Assembly (NCBI GenBank): GCA_030017715.1
Contig: JASEIU010000004.1
Span: 139,456-203,455, forward strand
Direction: 5' to 3'
Length of the DNA stretch: 64,000 bases
From: Candidatus Saccharicenans sp.
Lineage (GTDB): Bacteria; Acidobacteriota; Aminicenantia; Aminicenantales; Saccharicenantaceae
Shown: positions 18,356-28,207 of the stretch, piece after piece
How positions within the stretch are numbered: the first letter of the stretch is position 1
How the letters are laid out: each line of letters begins with the position of its first letter
Notes under the pieces: model-generated
Told to the model about the DNA's origin: nothing
Seen by the model: the letters and a program-made list of their open reading frames with translations, nothing else
Database searches by the model: none
Program-made: the position numbers and the translations under genes

Positions 18356-19471
18356 GTGAAACATTCCTGGAAAGTGACCCGCATTTCCGGCATCGATATC
18401 AAGGTTGATTCCAGCTGGCTGGTGATTTTTCTGCTGTTCACCTTTTCGCTGTCGGCTTTTTATTTTCCCCAGTCGTTCCAGGTGGCCAACCGGGCATATT
18501 ATTGGCTGCTGGGTATTTTGACCAGCCTGCTGGTCTTTGCCTCGGTGGTGTTTCATGAACTGGCCCATTCTCTGACCGCCAGGAAGCAGGGAGAAGAAGT
18601 TGAGGACATCACCCTGTTTATCCTGGGCGGAGTGGCCCGGATTACCGATGAACCGGGCACTCCTCAGAAAGAATTTACGATGGCCCTGATCGGTCCGGTT
18701 TCCAGCTTCTTCCTGGCTCTGGTGTTCATGCTGATTTCTTTTCTTGCGGCTCCCTATTCCAAACCCTTTCAGGTGGCGGCGGCCTATCTCGGTTATATCA
18801 ACGCCATTCTCGGCGGCTTCAACCTTCTTCCCGGTTTTCCCATGGACGGAGGGCGGGTGCTTCGGGCCATTGTCTGGAAAGCTACCGGCGATTTGAGAAA
18901 AGCCACCCGGGTGGCTTCTCTGACCGGCCAGGGGCTGGCCTTCCTGCTGATCTTTTTTGGTCTTCTTCAGTTTTTCCGCGGAAACCTCGGCGGCTTATGG
19001 CTGGTTCTCATCGGCTGGTTCCTGCATAACGCCTCGGTCCAGGGCTACAGCCAGGTCTTGCTTAAATCTTCGCTGGAGGGCCTGAAGGCCAGCGACCTGA
19101 TGAGCCGGGATTTTCAGCAGGTCAGCCCCGACCTTCCGGTTGAAGTGCTGGTGCAGGATTACATTCTCAGGCACCGGGAGCGAAATTTTCTGGTGCTGGA
19201 CGGAGAAAATCTGGCCGGTATAGTCTGTCTGGAAGACGTGAAGAAATTCCCCCGGGAACGCTGGCCCGAACTTCGGGTAAGAGACATTATGACTCCGGCT
19301 GATAAGCTGGTTTACGTAACGCCGGGCACCACCGGCGACCGGATTCTGCAACGGCTGGCGACGGCCAACGTCAACCAGGTGCCGGTGCTGGAGGAAGGTC
19401 GGGTGGTGGGCATTGTCTGCCGGAACAATCTGCTTCAGGTGCTGCAGCTGAGGACCGAACTGGGACTTTGA
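18356..19471 (+). CDS. site-2 protease (M50) family metalloprotease with tandem CBS domains
   Basis: HELAHSL (HExxH) and [26 protein letters not shown] motifs sit in a polytopic membrane N-terminal half. A C-terminal CBS pair is present. A GTG start follows gaaggagg. Confidence 0.85.
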   Translation: MKHSWKVTRISGIDIKVDSSWLVIFLLFTFSLSAFYFPQSFQVANRAYYWLLGILTSLLVFASVVFHELAHSLTARKQGEEVEDITLFILGGVARITDEPGTPQKEFTMALIGPVSSFFLALVFMLISFLAAPYSKPFQVAAAYLGYINAILGGFNLLPGFPMDGGRVLRAIVWKATGDLRKATRVASLTGQGLAFLLIFFGLLQFFRGNLGGLWLVLIGWFLHNASVQGYSQVLLKSSLEGLKASDLMSRDFQQVSPDLPVEVLVQDYILRHRERNFLVLDGENLAGIVCLEDVKKFPRERWPELRVRDIMTPADKLVYVTPGTTGDRILQRLATANVNQVPVLEEGRVVGIVCRNNLLQVLQLRTELGL

Positions 19472-19485
19472 TTCGGGAGGCCGGT

Positions 19486-20235
19486 ATGGCGGAAAAGGAA
19501 AAAGACAAAGGCACAAGGGTTCTAACACCTGCCGGAAAGCCAGCCCCGGCAAGCGGCTCCGCAGCCCGGGATCTTGAAGAGAAAAAAGCCAGGATTAAAA
19601 AAATAATAAAAATACTGAGAAAGGAATATCCCCGGCCCAGGACTGCCCTTAATTACAGAACACCGTTTGAGCTGCTGGTAGCTACCATCCTGGCCGCCCA
19701 GTGCACCGATGAGAGGGTTAACAAGGTTACCCCGGGCCTGTTTCAGAAGTACCCGACCGTTGAATCATTTGCCCGGGCCCGGCAGGAGGAGCTGGAAAAC
19801 GATATCCGGTCAACCGGCTTTTTCCGGAACAAGGCCAGAAGTATCATCGGTCTGTCTCAAATGCTGATGGCTGAACTCGGGGGCCGGGTTCCAGATTCCA
19901 TGGACCAGCTGGTCAGGCTCCCCGGGGTGGCCCGAAAGACGGCCAACATTGTCCTCGCGTCGGCCTTCCGCAAAGCCGAAGGCATCGCCGTCGATACTCA
20001 TGTCAGGAGACTATCCGAGCGGCTTGGCCTGAGCCGCCAGGCCGACCCCGATAAGATCGAGCGTGACCTGATGGAGATAGTGCCCCGCAGCGACTGGCTC
20101 GATTTTAATTTTCTGCTGGTAGACCATGGCCGTAAAGTCTGTCAGGCCAGAAAACCGCTCTGTCCGCAGTGCGCCGTCAGGCAGCTCTGTCCGTCATCTG
20201 AAAAATTTTCCAGGCTGTTCTCCGGGAGGAAATAA
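19486..20235 (+). CDS. nth: endonuclease III (DNA glycosylase/AP lyase)
   Basis: The HhH-GPD motif is LPGVARKTANIVL and the C-terminal 4Fe-4S loop is CQARKPLCPQCAVRQLC. The start is taken at the ATG preceded by gggagg; ORF 19468 starts 18 nt upstream. Confidence 0.9.
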   Translation: MAEKEKDKGTRVLTPAGKPAPASGSAARDLEEKKARIKKIIKILRKEYPRPRTALNYRTPFELLVATILAAQCTDERVNKVTPGLFQKYPTVESFARARQEELENDIRSTGFFRNKARSIIGLSQMLMAELGGRVPDSMDQLVRLPGVARKTANIVLASAFRKAEGIAVDTHVRRLSERLGLSRQADPDKIERDLMEIVPRSDWLDFNFLLVDHGRKVCQARKPLCPQCAVRQLCPSSEKFSRLFSGRK

Positions 20236-21255
20236 ATGCCCCGGCGAGAAGCCAGTCTCTATGTCCGGCAGGAAGACGGGAAGGTGGCCTGCAGGCTGTG
20301 CGCCCACCGCTGCCAGCTGGAAGACGGTCAGTTCGGAATCTGCGGCGTCAGGCAGAACATAGGTGGAGTTCTTTACACGCACGTTTTTGAGGAGGCCATA
20401 GCCGCCCACATCGACCCCATTGAAAAAAAGCCGCTTTTCCACTTTTTGCCCGGCAGCAGATCTTTATCCATAGCCACCATCGGTTGCAATTTCCGCTGCC
20501 CGTTCTGTCAGAACTGGGAGATTTCCCAGAACAGGCTGTCGGGCGGCAAGAGCGGAGTCAGGAGCACTCATCTGCCGGTCAAGGAAGTGGTGCGGCAGGC
20601 GTTGCTCAACGACTGCCAGAGCATTTCATACACCTACACCGAGCCGACCATTTTTTTTGAATATGCCTATGAGACTGCCCGACTGGCCAGAGAATCAGAC
20701 CTGAAAAACAATTTCGTCACCAACGGCTATATGACCGGCGAGGCTCTGGAGGAAATCAAGCCTTATCTGGATGCGGCTAACGTCGACCTTAAATTTTTCA
20801 AGGATGAAAGCTACCGGAAGGTCTGCCAGGCCAGGTTGCAGCCGGTCCTGGACAGCATCGGGAAAATGCGGGAGCTGGGCATCTGGGTGGAGGTGACCAC
20901 CCTGGTCATACCGGGATTGAATGACTCCGAGGAGGAGCTGCGGGGAATAGCCAGGTTTCTGGCGGGTGTCGACCCCGATATTCCCTGGCATTTGAGCCGT
21001 TTCCACCCCGATTATAAATATCTGAAAGCTTCCGATACCCCTGTCTCCACCCTGAGGAAGGCCCGGGAGATAGGGCAGGCCGAGGGGCTGCGCTATGTCT
21101 ACCTGGGGAATGTCTGGGGGGAGGGGGAGGATACTCACTGTCCGCAATGCGGAACCGCGGTTATCCGCCGGGAGGGTCTCTGGGTGAAGACCAACCTTCT
21201 CCTGGCCGGCCATTGCCCGAAGTGCGGTCGGCAGATAGCCGGCATTTTCGACTGA
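20236..21255 (+). CDS. AmmeMemoRadiSam-system-type radical SAM enzyme (PFL-activase-like)
   Basis: The N-terminus is CRLCAHRCQLEDGQFGICGVRQN, followed by the radical-SAM Cx3Cx2C (GCNFRCPFCQN). A C-terminal Cys pair is present (CPQCG..CPKCG). Confidence 0.8.
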   Translation: MPRREASLYVRQEDGKVACRLCAHRCQLEDGQFGICGVRQNIGGVLYTHVFEEAIAAHIDPIEKKPLFHFLPGSRSLSIATIGCNFRCPFCQNWEISQNRLSGGKSGVRSTHLPVKEVVRQALLNDCQSISYTYTEPTIFFEYAYETARLARESDLKNNFVTNGYMTGEALEEIKPYLDAANVDLKFFKDESYRKVCQARLQPVLDSIGKMRELGIWVEVTTLVIPGLNDSEEELRGIARFLAGVDPDIPWHLSRFHPDYKYLKASDTPVSTLRKAREIGQAEGLRYVYLGNVWGEGEDTHCPQCGTAVIRREGLWVKTNLLLAGHCPKCGRQIAGIFD

Positions 21256-21265
21256 AGACTGCTCT

Positions 21266-21306
21266 CCGGCGCCTCAGCCGGGCCATTCGGCCAGGCGGAT
21301 TTTTTG
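21266..21306 (+). terminator. candidate intrinsic terminator after the radical SAM gene
   Basis: A GC-rich imperfect hairpin (CGCCT..GGCCattcGGCC..AGGCG) is followed by ATTTTTTG. The stem is irregular, so confidence is low. Confidence 0.3.
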
Positions 21307-21553
21307 CTAAAATATTAGGGGCCGCTACCTTCCGGCCGGCCTGATTGGATTTGACGGCTGGCGGCCGGTTAATTCGAAAGCCAGAGCGGTAGCCGTTTTC
21401 GGCTGAAAAAGCGGGCAGGTTCACTTCCCGGCCGGGGTCAGGAGAAGTGAAAAGAATCCTGTTTGAAAAGGCCTCCCAACCCCGGGATTTGAAAACGGGC
21501 GGAGGTAAGAAGGCCTTGATGAATAAATCATCCGGGAAAGGCGGTCCGGACCG

Positions 21554-22015
21554 ATGAGCGAACCGATGAGATTCGAATTTTTGTCACACACGGCTGATGC
21601 CAAGTTCCGGGCTTATGGCCGCAATCTGGAGGAAGCTGTGGCCAACGCCGCCCTGGCCATGGTCTCTCTGATGTGGGATTATGAAAAGATAGAATCGCGA
21701 GGGAAGGAGACAATCGAACTCAGGAGCCGTAGCCTGGAAGGGCTTCTGGTAAAGTTTCTGACTGAAATACTCTATCTTCTGGAAGTTAAGGGTTTTCTGC
21801 TGGGAAGGGTGGAAGCGATCGAGATAATTCAACCGATTTCAGTTCAATCTGAAGAAACCGGCGCCGGGGAATATGTTCTTAAAGCTCTGCTGGTCGGGGA
21901 TAACCACCCGGAAAGATATGAGATGATCAGCGAAGTCAAGGCTGCCACCTATAATGAATTCAGGCTGGAAATCGGGCCGGAAGGAGTGGAACTGGAGATG
22001 GTGGTGGATATGTAA
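21554..22015 (+). CDS. archease (RtcB activator)
   Basis: The N-terminus FEFLSHTADAKFRAYGRNLEEA matches the archease family. It lies immediately upstream of rtcB. Confidence 0.85.
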   Translation: MSEPMRFEFLSHTADAKFRAYGRNLEEAVANAALAMVSLMWDYEKIESRGKETIELRSRSLEGLLVKFLTEILYLLEVKGFLLGRVEAIEIIQPISVQSEETGAGEYVLKALLVGDNHPERYEMISEVKAATYNEFRLEIGPEGVELEMVVDM

Positions 22016-22072
22016 AAGCTTTCCGGAAACTGAAGAGACATATGAAAAATTATTCATATATTGAGGTGAAAG

Positions 22073-23494
22073 ATGGACCTGAAAAAAATTAACGATTTTG
22101 TCTGGGAAATTCCAAAGTCGGGAGAGATGAAAGTCCCGGCCAGAATATATGCCTCGGAAAAACTCATAGAACTGGCCCGACGCGACCAGACTCTGCAGCA
22201 GGCCCGAAATGTGGCCTGTCTGCCGGGGATTCAGCGAATGTCCTATGTCATGCCCGATGCTCACCAGGGATACGGGTTTCCCATAGGGGGAGTGGCTGCT
22301 TTTGACCTGGAGGAAGGAATCATTTCTCCGGGCGGAGTCGGTTATGATATCAACTGCGGAGTCAGGCTGCTGAGAACAGATTATAAGGAGAGCGATATAA
22401 CGGCCAAAAGGAAAGAGCTTCTGGCCGAGATTTTCAAAGAGGTCCCGGCTGGAGTGGGCAAAGGCGGAGTCACCAAACTCAGCCGCAATGTACTGAAAGA
22501 AATACTCGTAAAGGGAGCAGAATGGGCGGTGGAGCAGGGTTATGGCTCGGCTGAAGACCTTGACCGCACCGAAGAACGGGGCCGGATGAAGGATGCTTCC
22601 TGGGAATTTATTTCTGACCGGGCGCTGGAAAGAGGGATTCCCCAGCTGGGGACCCTGGGAGCGGGCAACCATTTTCTGGAGATTCAGAAGGTTGATGAAA
22701 TCTATGATGCTGAAGTGGCCAGGGTGTTTGGCCTTGAGGAAAAGGGTCAGGTTCTGGTTATGATTCATTGCGGCAGCCGCGGTCTGGGACATCAGATTGC
22801 CACAGATTACATAGAGCTGATGGAGCATAAATTCGGCTTCAGGAATCTGCCCGACCGGGAATTGATCAACGCCCCGTTCAAATCGGACATGGGACAGCGT
22901 TATTACAGGTCGATGTGCGCCGCGGTGAATTACGCCTTTGCCAACCGACAGATGATTGCCCACTGGGTGAGAGATGTTTTTAAAAGGGTGATGGGTTCTG
23001 CTAAGGGAATGAGGCAGATCTATGACGTCTGTCACAATGTAGCCAAGGTGGAAAAGCACACGGTTAACGGCAAGGAAAAGCTGCTCTGCGTTCACCGGAA
23101 AGGCGCTACCAGAAGTTTCGGTCCCGGGCGTCAGGAGGTCCCGGAAGTTTACCGGGGAGCGGGCCAGCCGGTGCTGATTCCCGGAAGCATGGGCACGGCT
23201 TCATATATTCTGGTGGGAACAAAGGAAGCTGAAGAACTCAGCTTCAGCTCGACCGCTCACGGGGCCGGTCGGGTGATGAGCCGCAATGAGGCCCTGCGCC
23301 GTTTCCGCGGGGAGCAGATCAGGGACGAACTCGCCCGGAAGGGGGTGGAGCTTAAGGCGACCAGCTGGAAGGGGGTGGCCGAAGAAGCTTCAGCCGCTTA
23401 TAAAGACGTTGATGAGGTGGTCCGGGTGTCGCACGAGACCAGACTGGGCAAGCTGGTCGCCCGGGTGGTTCCGATCGGAGTGATGAAGGGTTGA
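22073..23494 (+). CDS. rtcB: RNA-splicing ligase RtcB
   Basis: Motifs GVGYDINCGVRLL, GAGNHFLEIQ, HCGSRGLGHQ, HNVAKVEKH and PGSMGTASYIL are present. Confidence 0.95.
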   Translation: MDLKKINDFVWEIPKSGEMKVPARIYASEKLIELARRDQTLQQARNVACLPGIQRMSYVMPDAHQGYGFPIGGVAAFDLEEGIISPGGVGYDINCGVRLLRTDYKESDITAKRKELLAEIFKEVPAGVGKGGVTKLSRNVLKEILVKGAEWAVEQGYGSAEDLDRTEERGRMKDASWEFISDRALERGIPQLGTLGAGNHFLEIQKVDEIYDAEVARVFGLEEKGQVLVMIHCGSRGLGHQIATDYIELMEHKFGFRNLPDRELINAPFKSDMGQRYYRSMCAAVNYAFANRQMIAHWVRDVFKRVMGSAKGMRQIYDVCHNVAKVEKHTVNGKEKLLCVHRKGATRSFGPGRQEVPEVYRGAGQPVLIPGSMGTASYILVGTKEAEELSFSSTAHGAGRVMSRNEALRRFRGEQIRDELARKGVELKATSWKGVAEEASAAYKDVDEVVRVSHETRLGKLVARVVPIGVMKG

Positions 23495-23917
23495 ACCCGG
23501 TTATTCCCGGGCCGGCGCTGCTCAATAAAAATGTAATCGGAGTCTGAATCGAAAGATTTTTGTGGGCTGTTCCGGCCTGTATGCATTAGAACACCAGTAA
23601 ATTTGCCTGTCACCACCCGCGCCGCTCAGGCGTTTAAAACTGTTAGCAATACTGCAGCCATTAAGACAAAAATAATATTGGCCCTGAGTTTCCGTGCCCT
23701 CATGATGCTGGAAACAGAGATTGATCTCATTGCCCGTATCCTGTGGTTACCACTGACCAGGATTTAAGTTATAACCGGTGGAACTGTCAACCATCGACCT
23801 CTTTGTTCTGAAAAGAGAGGCCAGACCGGTTTGAATTGGAAACGGTATTATCGAGGCAGCTGCTGATAAACCGACAAAAGGAGAATCTGCTTAAATTTGA
23901 GTATTGAGACCTGTGAT

Positions 23918-25633
23918 TTACTTTCTTATTATCTTCAGCAGCCTGTCAACGGTCAGAGTGTTAATCACATCTTTTCTGGTCAGCCAGGCCCGGCGGGCGA
24001 TTCCCAGCCCGAAGCGCATCATGGCGAACCCGTGGGCATAGTGGGTATCGGTGCCGATGGCGATCGGGACTCCTTTCTCCCGGGCCTTTTTCAGATTGTG
24101 TTCGTCAAGGTCCAGGCGGTCGTAATAGGCGTTCAGCTCAAGGAATTTTCCATATTGGGCCGCGGCCGCGATTACTTTATCGATATCCACTTCATAACCC
24201 TCACGGCCAGAGATAAGCCGACCGGTCGGATGCCCGATAACCTGCACCAGGGGGTTTTTAATTGCTGAAATGATTCGCTCGGTGACGTTTTTCTTAAAGC
24301 CGGAATGGATGGAAGCCACCACCAGGTCAAGCTTCCTGAGTAAACTTTCCGGAAAATCTATTGAGCCGTCAGCCAGGATGTCCGCTTCCGTTCCCTTGAG
24401 CAGGCGGAAGCCTTTCAATCTGGCATTGATTTTATCAATTTCTTTGATTTGCTCGGCCAGCCGCTCGGGAGTCAGGCCATGAGCGTATTTTGCCGACTGG
24501 GAATGGTCGCAGACGGCTATATAACTATAACCCATCTTTTTCCCATGTTCGACGATTTCTTCCAGAGTCAGCACTCCGTCGCTCCAGTTAGAATGCACGT
24601 GCAGGTCGCCCCTGATGTCTTTGAGCTCAATAATTTCCGGAAGCTTTCCCTCCAGAGCCAGCTCGATTTCGCCGCGGTCTTCACGCATCTCAGGTGGAAT
24701 AACCGGCAGGCCAAATACCTTATAAACTTCCTCCTCGGTTCGGCCGGCAATTTTTTTCTCGCCCTTAAAAACTCCGTATTCGGATATTTTTAAGCCTCTG
24801 TCTTTGGCCAGTCCGCGCAGTTTAATGTTATGAGCCTTTGAGCCGGTAAAATACTGCAGGGCCGCGCCGTAAGCATCCTCTTCTACGATTCTCAGGTCAA
24901 CCTGACGTTCTCCCATTTCTGTTTCTATTAGAATCGAGCCCTTGGTGTCGCCTTCGGCCAGAATATTGATGGTCCGGGGATGCTTGACGAAGTGCTTGAT
25001 GATTGCAGGCCCGTCTTTTCCCGTCGCCAGGATATCAATGTCCCCGACGGTCTCCTTCATCCGCCTCAGGGAACCGGCCGGGGAAATATGATTGATCCCC
25101 GGGGCTTCCTTCAGGTAGTCCATAACCTCTTCTGCTATAATCAGAGCGTCACATATGGACATTCTTTCATGGGCCTGTTCGGTCAGTTCTATTCCCTTTT
25201 TTATGTTTTCCACTTTCTTTTTGCCCATTCCATAAAGCTTTTCCAGGCTGCCGTCTTTGATAACCCGCTTCAGGTCATCCAGGTTTTTGACCTTCAATTC
25301 TTTGTTCATCAGGTGGATGGTCCGTCCACCCAGACCCGGAATTTCCAGGAGCTGCAGGAGACTCTCGGGCACATCCCTCATAACTTCTTCGTAGCGCTTG
25401 ATTCGGCCTGTTTTAAGATATTCTTCAATTTTTTCGGCCATGCCCTTACCGATACCGGGGATATCAGCCAGCTTGCCGGAAGCTACCAGCTCGGCCACAT
25501 CCTGAGTGAGATCTTCCAGAATCCGGGCCGCTCTTTGATAGGCTACAACCTTGAATCCGGTTTCACCTTTGATTTCCAGAGCGTCGGCGATACGATAGAA
25601 AAGGCTGGCTATTTCTTTATTTCTGTTTTCCAT
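23918..25633 (-). CDS. DNA polymerase X family protein with C-terminal PHP phosphoesterase domain
   Basis: The N-terminal Pol beta-like HhH region is FKVVAYQRAARILE..ADIPGIGKGMAEKI. The nucleotidyltransferase motif is GSLRRMKETVGDIDIL. The C-terminal PHP domain contains DLHVHSNWSDG. Confidence 0.9.
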   Translation of the reverse strand: MENRNKEIASLFYRIADALEIKGETGFKVVAYQRAARILEDLTQDVAELVASGKLADIPGIGKGMAEKIEEYLKTGRIKRYEEVMRDVPESLLQLLEIPGLGGRTIHLMNKELKVKNLDDLKRVIKDGSLEKLYGMGKKKVENIKKGIELTEQAHERMSICDALIIAEEVMDYLKEAPGINHISPAGSLRRMKETVGDIDILATGKDGPAIIKHFVKHPRTINILAEGDTKGSILIETEMGERQVDLRIVEEDAYGAALQYFTGSKAHNIKLRGLAKDRGLKISEYGVFKGEKKIAGRTEEEVYKVFGLPVIPPEMREDRGEIELALEGKLPEIIELKDIRGDLHVHSNWSDGVLTLEEIVEHGKKMGYSYIAVCDHSQSAKYAHGLTPERLAEQIKEIDKINARLKGFRLLKGTEADILADGSIDFPESLLRKLDLVVASIHSGFKKNVTERIISAIKNPLVQVIGHPTGRLISGREGYEVDIDKVIAAAAQYGKFLELNAYYDRLDLDEHNLKKAREKGVPIAIGTDTHYAHGFAMMRFGLGIARRAWLTRKDVINTLTVDRLLKIIRK

Positions 25634-25750
25634 TTTTGCCCCTCGTCTAAATTCTATACCAGAGAGTTGATATTAACAAATTGACCTGGTCATATATTAT
25701 GTCCCCCGTTTATCATTGACAATTGGGATGGCTCCTTTTATCTTAAAGGC

Positions 25751-27256
25751 ATGAAAATCATACTGGCCGGATATAATTTTGACGCTGAGGTAATAGAGGA
25801 ACTGAAGAGACATTGTCCTGAGCGCCAGGATGTTACTCCGGAGACGCTTTCGGCGGCCTACGCCCGTATCTCCCGCGACCCACGCCCGGTGGATGAGCTC
25901 AGAGCCGTGGCCCGGGCTGAAGTGGAAAGGGCCCGCCGTTCCAACCAGAATATAATTTTCAAGATGGGCCATCACTCGGTGGCCGAGCATGCCGTCTTCA
26001 ACTTCGACCTGATCGGCCTGAGCCGCCTGGCCATCGAGGAAGTCGAGCATTTCAGATTATGCTCTTACACTGAAAAGTCGCAGCGCTATATCACTCTGGA
26101 CGGGGACTATGTTCTTCCCGAGGAGATAAAGCAGGCCGGGCTGCAAGGAGTTTTTGCCGAAACCATAGAGATTCAGAACCAGGCCTATCGCTATTTTTAT
26201 GAGCGGCTGCGAGAGCACATTTTCGAGAAATACAAGGAGCAGGCCGCCAACCCTAAAAATCATCCCATCCTTGACGGCTGGGCCAAGGAAGATGCCCGCT
26301 ACGTGGTCAGCTTAGCCACCAGGGGTCAGCTCGGAATGACCGTTAACGCCCGTAACCTGGAGCTGATGATCAGGCGTTTTTCAGCCCGAAGGAACGCCGA
26401 AATCAGAGAGCTGGTCCGCCAGCTCCATGATCAGGCTAAAAAAGTAGCTCCCTCAATCATCCTGTTTACCGACCCCTCTTCTTATGAGGCAGAAATGATG
26501 GACAATGTGCGGGAGGAGGCTCTGCGGCTTCTGGCCGGCCGCAGGAAAGCAGCGGGCGGTCGCAAACAGCTGCACAAAATCCGGCTGGTGGAATTTTCCG
26601 AAAGAGGAGACGACCTTATAATTGCCGGCCTGCTGTTTTCCACCAGCGGACTTTCCTTCAAAAAAGCTTTGGAGGAAGTAGGCCGCTGGTCCGAAAAAAA
26701 GAAGCTCGACCTGGTGAAGAAAGTGTTTGAATACCTGGAGTTTTATGATTCGCCGCCGCGGGAGTTTGAAATGGCTTTTCTGACTTTTGACCTGGTGGTA
26801 TCGGCTTCCTGCTTTGCCCAGCTCAAAAGGCACCGGATGATGACCCTTCTGGTTCAGCCATACGACCCGGCCCTCGGGGTCACCGTTCCGCCCTCCATCA
26901 GAGAAATCAAAGAACAGAAGAAATTCAAAGAAATTATCAAACAGACTGAAAAGACCTGGCGGATTCTAAAAAAGAAAGCCGGCCCGGCGGCCGATTACAT
27001 TCTCACCAATGCTCACCGCCGGAGGGCGCTGGTGAAAGCCAATGTGCGGGAGCTGTATCATCTGTCGCGGTTGAGGGAAGATGCCACCGCCCAGTGGGAA
27101 ATAAGACAGGTAAGCGCAGCTATGTCAGCCCTGGCTCGTCGGGTTTTTCCTCTTACCGCCTGCCTTCTCGGCGGTAAGGACAGCTATCCGCAGCTTTATA
27201 AAAAACTTTTCGGACATCCGCCGAAGATGATGCCGCCTTCCCTCTTCTTTGATTGA
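25751..27256 (+). CDS. ThyX-like (flavin-dependent thymidylate synthase family) protein with two tandem ThyX-fold halves
   Basis: The first half has ..HSVAEHAVFNF..EVEHFRLCSYTEKSQRY... The second half has ..FDLVVSASCFAQLKRHRMM.. and ..NVRELYHLSRLREDATAQWEIRQV... Both resemble the ThyX RHR..S..SQRY region and helper helices. Confidence 0.6.
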   Translation: MKIILAGYNFDAEVIEELKRHCPERQDVTPETLSAAYARISRDPRPVDELRAVARAEVERARRSNQNIIFKMGHHSVAEHAVFNFDLIGLSRLAIEEVEHFRLCSYTEKSQRYITLDGDYVLPEEIKQAGLQGVFAETIEIQNQAYRYFYERLREHIFEKYKEQAANPKNHPILDGWAKEDARYVVSLATRGQLGMTVNARNLELMIRRFSARRNAEIRELVRQLHDQAKKVAPSIILFTDPSSYEAEMMDNVREEALRLLAGRRKAAGGRKQLHKIRLVEFSERGDDLIIAGLLFSTSGLSFKKALEEVGRWSEKKKLDLVKKVFEYLEFYDSPPREFEMAFLTFDLVVSASCFAQLKRHRMMTLLVQPYDPALGVTVPPSIREIKEQKKFKEIIKQTEKTWRILKKKAGPAADYILTNAHRRRALVKANVRELYHLSRLREDATAQWEIRQVSAAMSALARRVFPLTACLLGGKDSYPQLYKKLFGHPPKMMPPSLFFD

Positions 27257-27282
27257 CCGTTTCTCAGAAGCTTCCGGAAATT

Positions 27283-27927
27283 TCAGGCCGAAACACCCTT
27301 TCTCTTACGGGCAAAGCCGATAATCGCCAGAATAACAGCTACGGCCAGGACTGCGTACAGAATGTTAATGGTCTTTTTCTTTCTGGCAATTTCGCTCTCC
27401 ATCTTCTGAGCCAGGTCGGCCATATCCTTATTCAGAGAAGCAATTTTAGCCTGGCTGGCTTCGTTCTCCCTTCGCAGACTCTCTTCACTGGCTTTAAGGG
27501 CCGAAATTTCATTGTTCCTGGCTTCGATCTCTGCTTCCTTTTGCTTGACTTCGGCCCGCAGGCGGGAAATCAGGTTGTTAAGAGCCCTGACTTTTTTAGA
27601 GGAATCAGCCTCGGTTTTCTGAGCGGCAGCGATCAAATCATTTTTCTCTTTTTCCAGGTCAACAATTTTGGCCTTCAGCGAATCCAGATCTCCTTTGAGC
27701 TGATTGTTTACGGCCCGGGCTTCTTCCAGAGCTTTCTTGGTTTCGGCCAGTGATTGTTCCAGCTGGGCTTTTTCGGACTCAAGGGTTGAAACTCTTGCCT
27801 GGACCTGTGAAAGCTCGTCTTCTACCGTCACCAGTCGCTTCTTGGCGGCGGTGGAACATCCCGCTGCAAGGAAGACTATCAATAAGCTTGTTGTAAATAG
27901 CACTCGGGAAAAAGAATTTCTTTTCAT
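27283..27927 (-). CDS. coiled-coil lipoprotein with C-terminal membrane anchor
   Basis: The lipobox is LAAGCS after a signal peptide. A long heptad-like coiled coil is rich in E/K/A/L. The C-terminal TM helix is ILYAVLAVAVILAIIGF. Confidence 0.55.
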   Translation of the reverse strand: MKRNSFSRVLFTTSLLIVFLAAGCSTAAKKRLVTVEDELSQVQARVSTLESEKAQLEQSLAETKKALEEARAVNNQLKGDLDSLKAKIVDLEKEKNDLIAAAQKTEADSSKKVRALNNLISRLRAEVKQKEAEIEARNNEISALKASEESLRRENEASQAKIASLNKDMADLAQKMESEIARKKKTINILYAVLAVAVILAIIGFARKRKGVSA

Positions 27928-28114
27928 TTCTCCTCCTCATTTATCTAATTTTATTTATCGGCTCGGTTAACCTTGGTAAGCAGTTGCTAATAAACCAGGA
28001 TTATTCTAAAACGCTAAACGGCGGCCTGTCAAAATAAATTATAAGCCTGGGATAAGATATTTTTTGTTGCTTAGGTGCTGCCCGCACATAGGAGTGTAAC
28101 CATAATTAACCCCC

Positions 28115-28143
28115 TTGATTTTTGTTGGTAAAAGAAGTTAAAT
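28115..28143 (+). promoter_or_regulatory. candidate promoter (TTGATT-17 nt-TTAAAT) for the controller/R-M operon
   Basis: The hexamers were read from the sequence, 46 nt upstream of ORF 28190. Confidence 0.3.
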
Positions 28144-28191
28144 TCGGTAATATGAAAATGGTGTCAGCCATTGGCGTTTAGGATAAACTTT

Positions 28192-28203
28192 GTATTGTAA
28201 TAC
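28192..28203. promoter_or_regulatory. imperfect inverted repeat GTATT-gt-AATAC abutting the controller gene start (candidate C-box/operator)
   Basis: 5-bp arms with a 2-bp spacer, 5 nt upstream of the ATG at 28208. No SD is visible before this ATG. TATAAT overlaps the start codon. Confidence 0.35.
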
Positions 28204-28207
28204 TATA

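Noticed and set aside
23897-24268. 123-aa plus-strand ORF (TTG start after aaaaggaga)
   Set aside because: It lies antisense within the well-supported PolX gene C-terminus (PHP domain). It has no recognisable motifs and compositional bias only from the opposite strand.
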